From a virus: a stretch of 64,000 nucleotides of DNA. Location of the stretch: positions 32,001 through 96,000 of the IMG/VR virus record IMGVR_UViG_3300037484_000374; one strand, 5' to 3'. This document shows, in pieces, positions 8,813-17,835 of this stretch (its first letter is position 1; the number at the start of each line of letters is the position of its first letter). The position numbers and the translations under genes were made by a program. The notes below the pieces were generated by a model that saw only the letters and a list, made by a program, of their open reading frames with translations, did not search any database and was not told the DNA's origin.

Positions 8813-9550
8813 TTATTCTTCTTTATGGGTGACTATGTAATATTTTTCTGAACCGTCATCCTTTTCGAGAGATAACATACCACCCTTCTGTGCTTCAACC
8901 CACCTGAAAGATACTGTGAATTTATCGGCTTCCTCGGCAACAATTGTCATGAGGGCGTTTATATTCTTGAAATCAAAACACAAACTAACATCCTTATATA
9001 CCACACCAGATAGAGCAAACTTTATACCGTTGGAAAACTTATTGGTTTTATCAGTAGTTTCCATGTGGAACTCGTTATTCTCAACTGAAAAATATACCTT
9101 GTTGAACTTACCCGCGATCTTTCTGATCTTATCATATACTTCGAGGAAAGAATTATCTAGCTTGAATGTATGGAATGTTTCCCCAATACTTTTTGGTTCA
9201 GTGCCATTATAATAAGTTGTGATATGCTGAGAGCAATAGAATATATTTGATTTTTGTCGGCCAGATTTCAAGATTATCTTCTGATCCTTGATATCTATCT
9301 CGGCCATTTCATCATCAATCAGGTCGAGGTATGTTTCAAGATGTTGTTTCGGTTCATTGAAATTCATCTCTACTTCATATGGGATACCACCAATAATATC
9401 ATTCTTGAGATCAACAATGGTGATACAGCCCTGTCCTATCATGGAAGATTTAATGGAATCACCATCTACCATAATCCTTACGTTGGTGATACTGTTGTTT
9501 AGTGTTGCCTTTTGAATAAAGGTCTTGAATTTTTTCACATTTATTTTCAT
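8813..9550 (-). CDS. gp45: Sliding clamp (gp45-like)
   Basis: 245 aa beta-rich protein with clamp-like size and pattern, next to clamp loader and polymerase genes. Confidence 0.75.
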   Translation of the reverse strand: MKINVKKFKTFIQKATLNNSITNVRIMVDGDSIKSSMIGQGCITIVDLKNDIIGGIPYEVEMNFNEPKQHLETYLDLIDDEMAEIDIKDQKIILKSGRQKSNIFYCSQHITTYYNGTEPKSIGETFHTFKLDNSFLEVYDKIRKIAGKFNKVYFSVENNEFHMETTDKTNKFSNGIKFALSGVVYKDVSLCFDFKNINALMTIVAEEADKFTVSFRWVEAQKGGMLSLEKDDGSEKYYIVTHKEE

Positions 9551-9584
9551 ACAAATTATCTCCTGTTTTTAATTTTATATAATT

Positions 9585-9613
9585 ATTATACCATTTTATA
9601 ACTGGTTTGTAAA
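9585..9613 (-). promoter_or_regulatory. Sigma70-type promoter for gp45
   Basis: TTTACA-N17-TATAAT. Confidence 0.65.
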
Positions 9614-9628
9614 CTAATTATACATCTA

Positions 9629-9803
9629 TTAATTCTGATACTTTTTTTCAATATCGGTTCTTAACACATATGTATCTATCTTGTACTCATCGGCTAACTG
9701 TATCACGTGTTTTGAACCACGGCTTAACCCGCTGTATAGTACAGCATAATGAACAATGGGGGTAATATATTACATCTCTGGAACCCGCAATTATTACTCT
9801 CAT
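9629..9803 (-). pseudogene. Internally deleted, frameshifted SLOG/DUF2493-family gene
   Basis: MRVIIAGSRD N-terminus and SRGSKHVIQLA C-terminal motif in different frames; core missing. Confidence 0.6.
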
Positions 9804-9827
9804 CCCATAGACCAGAAAACTAGGTGG

Positions 9828-10016
9828 TTATATATTGCTGGTCTTGTACCAATACTGAATATATCCTTTCAATGGTGGTGTAAGACCACACCCTATTCTC
9901 TCTATAACAGCATAATCATAACTTTCTTCATGCATGTCATCTGCATTGTTTAAAAAAGGTGTGCTGACACTGAGCGAATGATGGATACCAACCAATACAA
10001 TGTTTATCCATAACAT
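9828..10016 (-). CDS. Hypothetical protein or remnant
   Basis: DMHEESYDYAVIE segment looks protein-like; start uncertain. Confidence 0.35.
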   Translation of the reverse strand: MLWINIVLVGIHHSLSVSTPFLNNADDMHEESYDYAVIERIGCGLTPPLKGYIQYWYKTSNI

Positions 10017-10029
10017 CGTTGAGTATAGT

Positions 10030-10374
10030 TCATATTCTCATCAACCTCAAGGCTTCTAGTTTACTTACTTCATGATCTTCCATGAATTGTGCAATGACCT
10101 TTTCCTCTTTTGCACTGTGTTTACCTACTTTTTTAACCCATTTTATATATCTATTACCTCTTGGGACTCGATGAAAGAAATATTTAAAAATCATCTCATC
10201 TGGTAGTGTAAAGACATATGGTGTTATATCCATGACAATATCAATAAGTGAAGAGTCATGGGCAAGCCACATACAAATCATATAGGCGTTACAATCCTTT
10301 TTTGAGTATTTGTAAAACCTTGATTTCATATAGATTGCATTTAGGCAATCGAACATTGGGTTTGATTTGATCAT
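10030..10374 (-). CDS. gp62: Clamp loader small subunit (gp62-like)
   Basis: FDCLNAI..., YMICMWLAH, VPRGNRYIKWVKK pattern; near gp44 and gp45. Confidence 0.75.
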   Translation of the reverse strand: MIKSNPMFDCLNAIYMKSRFYKYSKKDCNAYMICMWLAHDSSLIDIVMDITPYVFTLPDEMIFKYFFHRVPRGNRYIKWVKKVGKHSAKEEKVIAQFMEDHEVSKLEALRLMRI

Positions 10375-11154
10375 TTATTCCTTTTTATCCCCATCATCGT
10401 CATTTAGTGTTTCTGAATCTTGATATCCCTCAATACTTCTACCGTGATACATGGCCTCTATTTCTTTACAGAGAACATTCTTGACAATGCGAATAATACC
10501 TATTTTCATCTCATCAAGCTGTTCATCTTCTGACAGTCTTTCGATTGTGTTGTTAACAACATTTGATATTTTTTTAAGTTTACCCGCAATAAAAAGTGAT
10601 CTTGCTGATGCATCCACACAATCTGCTATCATTAAAATTGCCGCTTCTGTTGTTTGTGGTTTTACCGACTTGTACCGGTAATGATCCTCAATAGCTGAAC
10701 CTTTACTGATCTCGTTTGCCTTATTATAGAATGGTAAAAGAACAGTATCACCATGATGTTGAGATATAATTTCAATAACCTTTATCGGTACATCTTTTAA
10801 TTGTATCAATTTCATCACAGATTGAGCTACATGCCCTGTGATTATATGGTATGAAAAAAATGGGTCTTTTATCCCATCATGTGGGTTTTTACCTGTTTGG
10901 TTTTCCATATAATAAGATGGGTGGTTCATTTTACCGATATCATGTAGCATGGCCGCTGTTTTTAAAACCATAACATCAAGTTTTAAATCTATTGCAATAG
11001 ACTCGCAAATAGTGGCCACATTCTGACAGTGCTTAAAAGTTCCAGGAGCTATCTCACGGAACCTCTGCATCAGAGTTGATTGTGGGTCTATAAGTTCTAA
11101 CCCAAACGAAGGGTTTACCTTATCTTCTTGTTTTATACCTTTATCTTCACTCAT
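10375..11154 (-). CDS. Stand-alone HD (HDIG) domain of the PgpH/7TM-HD cyclic-dinucleotide phosphodiesterase family
   Basis: APGTFKH, HDIGK, YMENQ..NPHD, QHHG, HYRY..KPQTTEAAILMIAD..ARSL. Confidence 0.85.
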   Translation of the reverse strand: MSEDKGIKQEDKVNPSFGLELIDPQSTLMQRFREIAPGTFKHCQNVATICESIAIDLKLDVMVLKTAAMLHDIGKMNHPSYYMENQTGKNPHDGIKDPFFSYHIITGHVAQSVMKLIQLKDVPIKVIEIISQHHGDTVLLPFYNKANEISKGSAIEDHYRYKSVKPQTTEAAILMIADCVDASARSLFIAGKLKKISNVVNNTIERLSEDEQLDEMKIGIIRIVKNVLCKEIEAMYHGRSIEGYQDSETLNDDDGDKKE

Positions 11155-11381
11155 AATGATGTCACCTGCAATTCCTTTTCTCTGATTGTTAGGCGACAGT
11201 GTAAATAATTTATATAATAGGTAACATCTTCTCTACTTCTCTTTCCCCAATCATAGATATAGACATATCGCTCAACATATTGTTTGGCCAACTTTAACTG
11301 ATCAATGTTGGTACAAGAATTTATAACCTTATCACATCTGTCAACCATATCCATTGTTCTTCTCTGTGTTATCCCGCACAT
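11151..11381 (-). CDS. Hypothetical protein X (copy 1)
   Basis: 76 aa; duplicated at 12304..12567. Confidence 0.6.
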   Translation of the reverse strand: MCGITQRRTMDMVDRCDKVINSCTNIDQLKLAKQYVERYVYIYDWGKRSREDVTYYINYLHCRLTIREKELQVTSL

Positions 11382-11390
11382 ATCAGTTTT
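11158..11390. repeat. 233-bp exact direct repeat, copy 1
   Basis: Identical to 12344..12576. Confidence 0.95.
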
Positions 11391-12303
11391 ATATTGCCTT
11401 TTTGGACTTTAATTTAAACACAAAATTCATGAAGTTAATTTCTCTAATAACTCCCCTGCTATCGTTTATGTTCGCTTCCCCTAATTCAAGGATAGCAACC
11501 CAATCATTTTTAAAAACAGTCCCATCATTATTATCAGTGATTAGTTTATATATGTAAGTATATAATCCTGTGTAATTTATAACATTACTTCTAAGAATTC
11601 TCAGGACATTATCTGGATCACCCGACTTTATGGCCTTGACCACATCACCGAATACATCATTTGATGTTGTCCTAATCAATTTTTCTGACAGTTCACCGTT
11701 GATCACATTCTCTTTTAAAGTACCTACTGTGTCACGGATATCTGGATAGCATGTCTTTACGATTTGGGCAATTGATTTTGGGTTGAATTTTATACCCTCG
11801 CTTGTTAAAATCTTTACACAGTGCTTGTAGATTACATCCCCTGGTGGGTTATTGATTTCGATTACTCGGCATCTTGATTTCAACTCAGGCATTATTTTAT
11901 CACTGTAGTTACATGCAAAGATAAAACGAGTTGTTTCGATTACCTTTTCCATGAGGTCACGTAACATGGCCTGTGCCGACTGTGATAAATAATCAGCCTC
12001 GTTGATATACATAACTTTGAGTTCACTATCAAAACCCATCGCTTCTGCAAATGGTTTGATTTTGGAACGAACAATATCTATACCAGTTTCATCTGATCCA
12101 TTTATTCGGCAAAAGGTATTCTGCGAGGAATTTTTGTAGATATCAACAAATGTTCCTTTACCAACCCCAGGAGGCCCAACGAGTATGGTATTTGGTTGTT
12201 CTGCCAAAACCTTCTCTAACTGTGTCCTGACATCATCATTAAGAACCATATCATCTAAGCTGGTCGGATTATGTTTAACTTCCCATACATCTTTGTTTAT
12301 CAT
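11389..12303 (-). CDS. gp44: Clamp loader large subunit (gp44/RFC-like AAA+)
   Basis: WEVKHNP, GPPGVGKG, INGSDETGID, NEAD, KSRC. Confidence 0.93.
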   Translation of the reverse strand: MINKDVWEVKHNPTSLDDMVLNDDVRTQLEKVLAEQPNTILVGPPGVGKGTFVDIYKNSSQNTFCRINGSDETGIDIVRSKIKPFAEAMGFDSELKVMYINEADYLSQSAQAMLRDLMEKVIETTRFIFACNYSDKIMPELKSRCRVIEINNPPGDVIYKHCVKILTSEGIKFNPKSIAQIVKTCYPDIRDTVGTLKENVINGELSEKLIRTTSNDVFGDVVKAIKSGDPDNVLRILRSNVINYTGLYTYIYKLITDNNDGTVFKNDWVAILELGEANINDSRGVIREINFMNFVFKLKSKKAI

Positions 12304-12567
12304 TTATTCCCCTCTCTTGTTTTTGTTTATTTTTTTCTTTAGGGATGTCACCTGCAATTCCTTTTCTCTGATTGTTAGGCGACAGTGTAAATAATTTATA
12401 TAATAGGTAACATCTTCTCTACTTCTCTTTCCCCAATCATAGATATAGACATATCGCTCAACATATTGTTTGGCCAACTTTAACTGATCAATGTTGGTAC
12501 AAGAATTTATAACCTTATCACATCTGTCAACCATATCCATTGTTCTTCTCTGTGTTATCCCGCACAT
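12304..12567 (-). CDS. Hypothetical protein X (copy 2), carrying the HU C-terminal tail
   Basis: Identical to copy 1, then SLKKKINKNKRGE. Confidence 0.55.
   Translation of the reverse strand: MCGITQRRTMDMVDRCDKVINSCTNIDQLKLAKQYVERYVYIYDWGKRSREDVTYYINYLHCRLTIREKELQVTSLKKKINKNKRGE
12307..12348. repeat. 42-bp direct repeat (partner 12576..12617)
   Basis: TTCCCCTCTCTTGTTTTTGTTTATTTTTTTCTTTAGGGATGT flanks the second 233-bp copy. Confidence 0.9.
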
Positions 12568-12576
12568 ATCAGTTTT
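12344..12576. repeat. 233-bp exact direct repeat, copy 2
   Basis: Identical to 11158..11390. Confidence 0.95.
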
Positions 12577-12860
12577 TCCCCTCTCTTGTTTTTGTTTATT
12601 TTTTTCTTTAGGGATGTTGCCGTTTTGAATATAATGGTATCACGATCAGGAACAGAAAACGTTTCACCAGTTTGTGGATTACGTGCCATTTTTCCTTTTC
12701 GTGTCTTGACCTCAAATCTCCCAAAGTCGATAATAGTTACATTTTCTTTTTGAACATTATCAATTATACATTCAAAGATTATATCAAAACACTCACGGGC
12801 AGACTTTACAGACATACCCACACTTTTTGATAGATGATTAATAATATCTGATTTCTTCAT
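12555..12860 (-). CDS. HU/IHF family DNA-binding protein
   Basis: MKKSDII, FGRFEV, ARNPQTGE. Confidence 0.92.
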   Translation of the reverse strand: MKKSDIINHLSKSVGMSVKSARECFDIIFECIIDNVQKENVTIIDFGRFEVKTRKGKMARNPQTGETFSVPDRDTIIFKTATSLKKKINKNKRGEKLICAG

Positions 12861-12869
12861 ACTAGTATA

Positions 12870-13016
12870 TTATTTCCCTTGCCCTCTGTACTTCTTTGCA
12901 TGTCTGGTATGTGGTGCATTTTTGCTTGTTGGTCTACGGGAAAGTCTGCCACAACCAATTGTTGTTTTTTTCATACTGTGTTTTATGACATCAGAATATA
13001 CTTTTGCTCTTGACAT
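12870..13016 (-). CDS. Small highly basic protein ending KKYRGQGK (48 aa, below ORF-track cutoff)
   Basis: MSRAKVYSDVIKHSMKKTTIGCGRLSRRPTSKNAPHTRHAKKYRGQGK; AGGAG RBS upstream. Confidence 0.75.
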   Translation of the reverse strand: MSRAKVYSDVIKHSMKKTTIGCGRLSRRPTSKNAPHTRHAKKYRGQGK

Positions 13017-13261
13017 TTTACTATCTCCTTGTTTTTTATTTTAACAATTCTCTCACACCACATTTTGTGCAAATATAATAATATTTATGGAAACCATACC
13101 GTTTATATCACTAAGTTCAGAAAGAGTATCGTTTGCTTTCTGTAGCTTTTTTTCAAGACACCAAAATACTTTTTATTTTTTCCAATAAACCCACAATTGT
13201 TGGGTCTGTTAATTCCATAATTTTCCTCTATGTAATATAGTTAAACTTAAAATATCATAAT

Positions 13262-13456
13262 TTAATCGGTTTGTAAACCTTGATACTTTTTAATCATAGA
13301 AACAACACAATCATCTTTGTGCTTGAAATCCTCATAAATCCACGTATAACTGCCATTACAAAACCTACAAGTATAGGCAACAACCCCAGATGGACACTTG
13401 GTTTTAATACACCAAATATCTAATATTTTCTCAAATATTTTTTTACAAATTAACAC
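13262..13456 (-). CDS. Small putative Zn-binding protein
   Basis: CRFC and HKDDC; sigma70 promoter TTTACT-N17-TATAAT at 13488..13516. Confidence 0.5.
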   Translation of the reverse strand: MLICKKIFEKILDIWCIKTKCPSGVVAYTCRFCNGSYTWIYEDFKHKDDCVVSMIKKYQGLQTD

Positions 13457-13523
13457 ATTTCTCCTATATAATAGATATTTTATAATTATTATACCACATT
13501 CTTCGTATAAAGTAAATTAATAA

Positions 13524-13531
13524 TATAAATA
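13524..13531 (+). promoter_or_regulatory. T4-type late promoter
   Basis: TATAAATA upstream of the small terminase gene. Confidence 0.7.
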
Positions 13532-13586
13532 ATAGTGTAAGACAAATATTAGATATACTGTTATTATAAGATGTTCAAGGAGAATT

Positions 13587-14159
13587 ATGACTGAAAATGA
13601 TAATAAATACGCAGAAGACAAGACCGATCCAGAACTTAATCTATCAGCTTTAGATGAGCTATTTGATACCCTACCAAAAGAAGCACTCACAGAAGAAGAA
13701 TTCCAAAAAAGAGAAATCGAATCCATGAGAAAGGAATTAGATATTCTCCTTAAAGATAATTCAGACCCCGATGATATAATCCACCAAAATATAGAAAGAG
13801 CAAATAGATTACTTGATATTATAGAAACAAATGTGACAAAAGGAAAATCTTCTAACAGAACTTTTGAGGTTGCAGGTCAATTAATCACAGCTGTAACAGC
13901 GGCGGCGGCTTCCATTTCGGGTATGGGATATAATCAACAAGTATTAGACCAGAAATCAAGGGATTTGGAAAGAAAAGAAAAGGAACTTGATTTAAAGAGA
14001 ACAATCAAAACAGCTACAGGTAATCCTGATGAAACCGGTGATGTAAAAAATTTAACACAGAACAATTTAATATTTACTGATAGAGAGAGTTTATTAAGTT
14101 TTATTAATACTTCTAAGGATGAAGAAGCTGAACTTTTTCCTGTAAAGAAATTAACTTAA
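13587..14159 (+). CDS. gp16: Terminase small subunit (gp16-like)
   Basis: RTFEVAGQLI and TQNNLIFTDRESLL motifs; upstream of terL. Confidence 0.75.
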   Translation: MTENDNKYAEDKTDPELNLSALDELFDTLPKEALTEEEFQKREIESMRKELDILLKDNSDPDDIIHQNIERANRLLDIIETNVTKGKSSNRTFEVAGQLITAVTAAAASISGMGYNQQVLDQKSRDLERKEKELDLKRTIKTATGNPDETGDVKNLTQNNLIFTDRESLLSFINTSKDEEAELFPVKKLT

Positions 14160-14235
14160 TTAGTATAATGTTTATTTAATAGGAGGTGATTGGATTAATA
14201 ATAGAATTGTTTATAATAGATTTTCTGTCTTATAC

Positions 14236-14327
14236 TTAGTTATTATAAATTTAGTATTTAAGAATTCTATTAAGTAGTTTATTAGTTATTATAAATTTAG
14301 TATTTAAGAATTCTATTAAGTAGTTTA
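14236..14327. repeat. Tandem repeat, 2 x 46 bp, in an AT-rich intergenic region
   Basis: TTAGTTATTATAAATTTAGTATTTAAGAATTCTATTAAGTAGTTTA twice. Confidence 0.9.
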
Positions 14328-14436
14328 TTATTAACTTTTTCTAGTAGGAATTATTATATGATTTTTTTCACTGATAACATGTATTCTATTTAATCATTTA
14401 CTTAATTATAATATAGTTCCGTTTTCCAATGTTTAC

Positions 14437-14465
14437 ATTATAACATATAAAATACAGTTTGTAAA
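14437..14465 (-). promoter_or_regulatory. Sigma70-type promoter firing into non-coding DNA
   Basis: TTTACA-N17-TATAAT; no sizeable ORF downstream. Confidence 0.55.
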
Positions 14466-14535
14466 CCAGAAAAAAGAATTATTTTTAATTATAGAGAATT
14501 ATTTTTGTTTTACTAATCATAACAAGGAGATATAA

Positions 14536-16776
14536 GTGGCTATCAAAAACTTCGTATTAGACACCAACGTAATAATTTCAAGTAAGGACGCTATAAAGAC
14601 AATTATGAACGGAAACGATGGCGGTGAAGCAAATAATATATTCATACCATATACGGTTTTGGAGGAATTAGACTGTCTTAAAATGAATACAAAACTCAGA
14701 CCAATGGTGTATGAGGCATTTGAACAATTAAAAGAGTATAAAGATCATATCAAATTTATAGGTAATAGAGAAAAGAAAACACCGGATAATAAAATACTGG
14801 ATGAAATTCGTGATGCCGAACTTGAACTTAATTTAGGCGATGAGAATACAATATTCTTAACAAATGATATCATGCTACAGATAAAAGCAGAGGCCGAGGG
14901 TATCAATCCACAGGAATTCAAAGATTCAAAACCATATGAATCCGAGAGTCAACAATGTGATGGCTTTGTAAACGTTGATGAGGGTGAAAAGTTTTTTCCG
15001 AACTGTTTCTACTGGCAAGATGGAAGGTTGATGTTTAATGGAGTAAAAGAAGTACACACTGTACCTGATCATGCACCATGGAAGATAACACCTAAAAGTT
15101 ATTACCAAAATGCCGCTATTGATCTGATGAAAAATGATGAAATTAACCTCGTTACGATTCAGTCAAGGGCCGGTCTTGGTAAAGCACAACCATTAGATGC
15201 CAAAATATTAACACCTAATGGATGGAAAAAAATGGGTGATTTACAAGTTGGTGATATGGTTATAAATTCACAAGGAGAACCGACAAAGGTTTTAACAATA
15301 CACCCACAAGGAGAAAAGGAAATATATAGAGTATTATTTAATGATAATAGTAGTACAGAATGTTGTGATGATCATTTATGGTTTGTTAGAAAAGAATATC
15401 ATAAATACCAAGTAAAAAAATTAAGAGATATAAAAGATAATCTATATAATGAAAAACGAAAAAGATTGAATTGGTTTATACCGACAGTATCACCAATAAA
15501 ATTCCAAAAAAAACCATTACCAATAAAACCATACTTGATGGGGGTTTTATTGGGTGATGGTGGAATGACAACAAGTAATGTAAGTATAACAACAGTAGAT
15601 AAAGAAATAATAGATCATTGTAGTGATATATTACCAGATGGGTTATATATCAAACATATATGTGAACACCAATATCATATTAACATGCTTGATAGAAAAA
15701 TTGGCGGTAAAAAAGATATTTTTACAAATATTATTAACAAAATACTATATGAATTAAAATTATTTAAACTGAAATCACATGAAAAATTTATACCAGTTGA
15801 TTATTTATATTCATCTATAGATGATAGGGTACAAATACTCAGAGGATTGATGGATACAGATAGTGGTATTCTTAAAGATAACAGAGTTGAATATCATACT
15901 TCTTCATCAAAATTAAGAGATGGTGTTATTTTTTTGGTGAGATCACTTGGAGGTAGGGCATATTTTAATAAAAAAACACCATATTATATCTATAATGGGA
16001 TGAAAAAACAAGGTAAGGAAAGCTATACTGTTAGAATAACATTACCATCTGATATTAACCCATTTTTCTTAAAAAGAAAGGTTAATATATATAATGGTTA
16101 TAAGAAATATCCACCATCAAGAGGAATAAAAGAAATAAAATATATTGGTAATAAAGAAGCACAATGTATCACGGTTGATTCAGATGACCATATGTATATC
16201 ACAGATGATTTTATCGTCACCCATAATTCATATATATCACTGGCCACGGCATTGGAACAGACATTCGAGAAAAAGAAATATGAGAAGATATACATCTTTA
16301 AAAATATAGTAAATATTGGACAGGGGTTGGGTTTCCTTCCAGGAAGTCTTGAGGATAAGATAGAACCATACACCAGATATATGGTATCATTAATTCAAAA
16401 ACTCAGTGGTGTCAGAAAATTGAGCGAGAGAATTATGGATGCTAATGGGGTTATTAATCCACATTACATCGAGATTCTTCCTCTGACATTTATCAGGGGT
16501 ATGAACATTGAAGATGCATTTGTAATCATCGATGAGACACAGAACATTTCTCGACAAGAAATGAGAGCACTTCTGACAAGAATGTGCGGTAATGTTAAGG
16601 TTTGTTGCATCGGGGATACGTCACAGGTCGATGCTATGTTTCTCAATGAAATGAATAACGCTCTTAACTGGACTGTTAAATTATGTAAAGGCCAAGAACA
16701 CTATGGTCATATAACCTTGAAAGGTAATAAATCAAGAGGCCCGATCACAGACATGGTTCTTAAAGTAGGATTATAA
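14536..16776 (+). CDS. phoH: PIN-PhoH (PhoH2/YlaK-like) ATPase with intein
   Basis: FVLDTNV..EELD PIN domain, AGLGK|S Walker A, LGFLPG, FIRG, IIDETQN, GDTSQVD. Confidence 0.92.
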   Translation: MAIKNFVLDTNVIISSKDAIKTIMNGNDGGEANNIFIPYTVLEELDCLKMNTKLRPMVYEAFEQLKEYKDHIKFIGNREKKTPDNKILDEIRDAELELNLGDENTIFLTNDIMLQIKAEAEGINPQEFKDSKPYESESQQCDGFVNVDEGEKFFPNCFYWQDGRLMFNGVKEVHTVPDHAPWKITPKSYYQNAAIDLMKNDEINLVTIQSRAGLGKAQPLDAKILTPNGWKKMGDLQVGDMVINSQGEPTKVLTIHPQGEKEIYRVLFNDNSSTECCDDHLWFVRKEYHKYQVKKLRDIKDNLYNEKRKRLNWFIPTVSPIKFQKKPLPIKPYLMGVLLGDGGMTTSNVSITTVDKEIIDHCSDILPDGLYIKHICEHQYHINMLDRKIGGKKDIFTNIINKILYELKLFKLKSHEKFIPVDYLYSSIDDRVQILRGLMDTDSGILKDNRVEYHTSSSKLRDGVIFLVRSLGGRAYFNKKTPYYIYNGMKKQGKESYTVRITLPSDINPFFLKRKVNIYNGYKKYPPSRGIKEIKYIGNKEAQCITVDSDDHMYITDDFIVTHNSYISLATALEQTFEKKKYEKIYIFKNIVNIGQGLGFLPGSLEDKIEPYTRYMVSLIQKLSGVRKLSERIMDANGVINPHYIEILPLTFIRGMNIEDAFVIIDETQNISRQEMRALLTRMCGNVKVCCIGDTSQVDAMFLNEMNNALNWTVKLCKGQEHYGHITLKGNKSRGPITDMVLKVGL
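15184..16227 (+). mobile_element. Class 3 intein with LAGLIDADG endonuclease (348 aa)
   Basis: Starts AQPLDAKILTP, ends VTHN|S; HLW, AQC and THN signature; MGVLLGDG and LRGLMDTDS motifs. Confidence 0.9.
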
Positions 16777-16782
16777 ATGCCA
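16765..16782. repeat. 18-bp direct repeat flanking the endonuclease gene (partner 17824..17841)
   Basis: GTAGGATTATAAATGCCA at both junctions. Confidence 0.9.
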
Positions 16783-17835
16783 AAAAAACTAACATGTAAT
16801 CATGTGAAAAGAATGATCGAAAATTGTGATGGTTATATACTATTATCATCGGAATATATTAATAATCATTCAAAATTAAAAATTAGATGTCCTGATGGTC
16901 ATGAATATAAGGCAACTTATAATGATTTTCAAGCCGGTAATAGATGTCCTTTATGTGCTAAAAATAGAAAATTTACATATAATTTTATAAAGAAACATAT
17001 AACAAAAGAAGGATATATACTTTTAAGCGAAGATTATAAAGATACACATTCAAAATTAAAAATTAAATGCCCAAAACAACATATTTTTGAAATGGGTTTT
17101 AATTCATTTAAACATGGACAAAGATGTTCTGTTTGTTATGGAACACCAAAACATACATATGAATTTATCAAAGAGCATATAGAATATTCTGGATGTAAAC
17201 TTTTAAGTAAAGAATATAAAGGCAATAAAAAACATTTAAGAATTCAATGTAAGAATAATCACATATTTAAAATGAGATGGGACTGTTTTCAAAGAGGTCA
17301 GAGATGTAAAGAATGTAGTATTGATAATACAAGAATGAAACATGAGTATATAAAGGAACAATTTGAAAAGGAAGGTTATTATTTACTTAGCTGTAAGTAT
17401 AAGAATAATCATTCAAAATTAAAAGTTCAATGTCCTATTGGACATAAGTATATGACAGCATATCAAAGATGGTATAACGGTAATAGATGCCCTATTTGTT
17501 ATGCAGAAACAACATCATCAATACCAGAAAAAGAAGTATTTGAAATAGTTAAACAAATATATGATGGGGGTTTGATTGCTAACGATAGAACACAAATAAT
17601 TAATCCAAGTACAGGATGTGGTCTTGAGTTGGATGTATGGCTTCCAGAGTTAAGAAAAGCAATTGAGTTTAATGGTGTTTATTGGCACTCATCATACTAT
17701 ACTAAAAGAAAAGACAAAATAAAGAAACAACAATGTGAAGAAAAAGGTATTGATTTAATGATAATATACGATTGTGAATGGTTATATGGCAAAGAAAAAT
17801 GTCTAAATAAAATAAATAAATTCGTAGGATTATAA
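16777..17835 (+). CDS. Zinc-ribbon-repeat (4x) PD-(D/E)XK homing-type endonuclease
   Basis: Paralog of 4656..5888; LELDVWLPELRKAIEFNGVYWH. Confidence 0.85.
   Translation: MPKKLTCNHVKRMIENCDGYILLSSEYINNHSKLKIRCPDGHEYKATYNDFQAGNRCPLCAKNRKFTYNFIKKHITKEGYILLSEDYKDTHSKLKIKCPKQHIFEMGFNSFKHGQRCSVCYGTPKHTYEFIKEHIEYSGCKLLSKEYKGNKKHLRIQCKNNHIFKMRWDCFQRGQRCKECSIDNTRMKHEYIKEQFEKEGYYLLSCKYKNNHSKLKVQCPIGHKYMTAYQRWYNGNRCPICYAETTSSIPEKEVFEIVKQIYDGGLIANDRTQIINPSTGCGLELDVWLPELRKAIEFNGVYWHSSYYTKRKDKIKKQQCEEKGIDLMIIYDCEWLYGKEKCLNKINKFVGL

Noticed and set aside
13020-13220. Possible small gene starting MELTDPTIVG
   Set aside because: Stops after 14 codons with no recognisable motif
14236-14327. 46-bp repeat as a mini-CRISPR
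   Set aside because: Head-to-tail copies with no spacer
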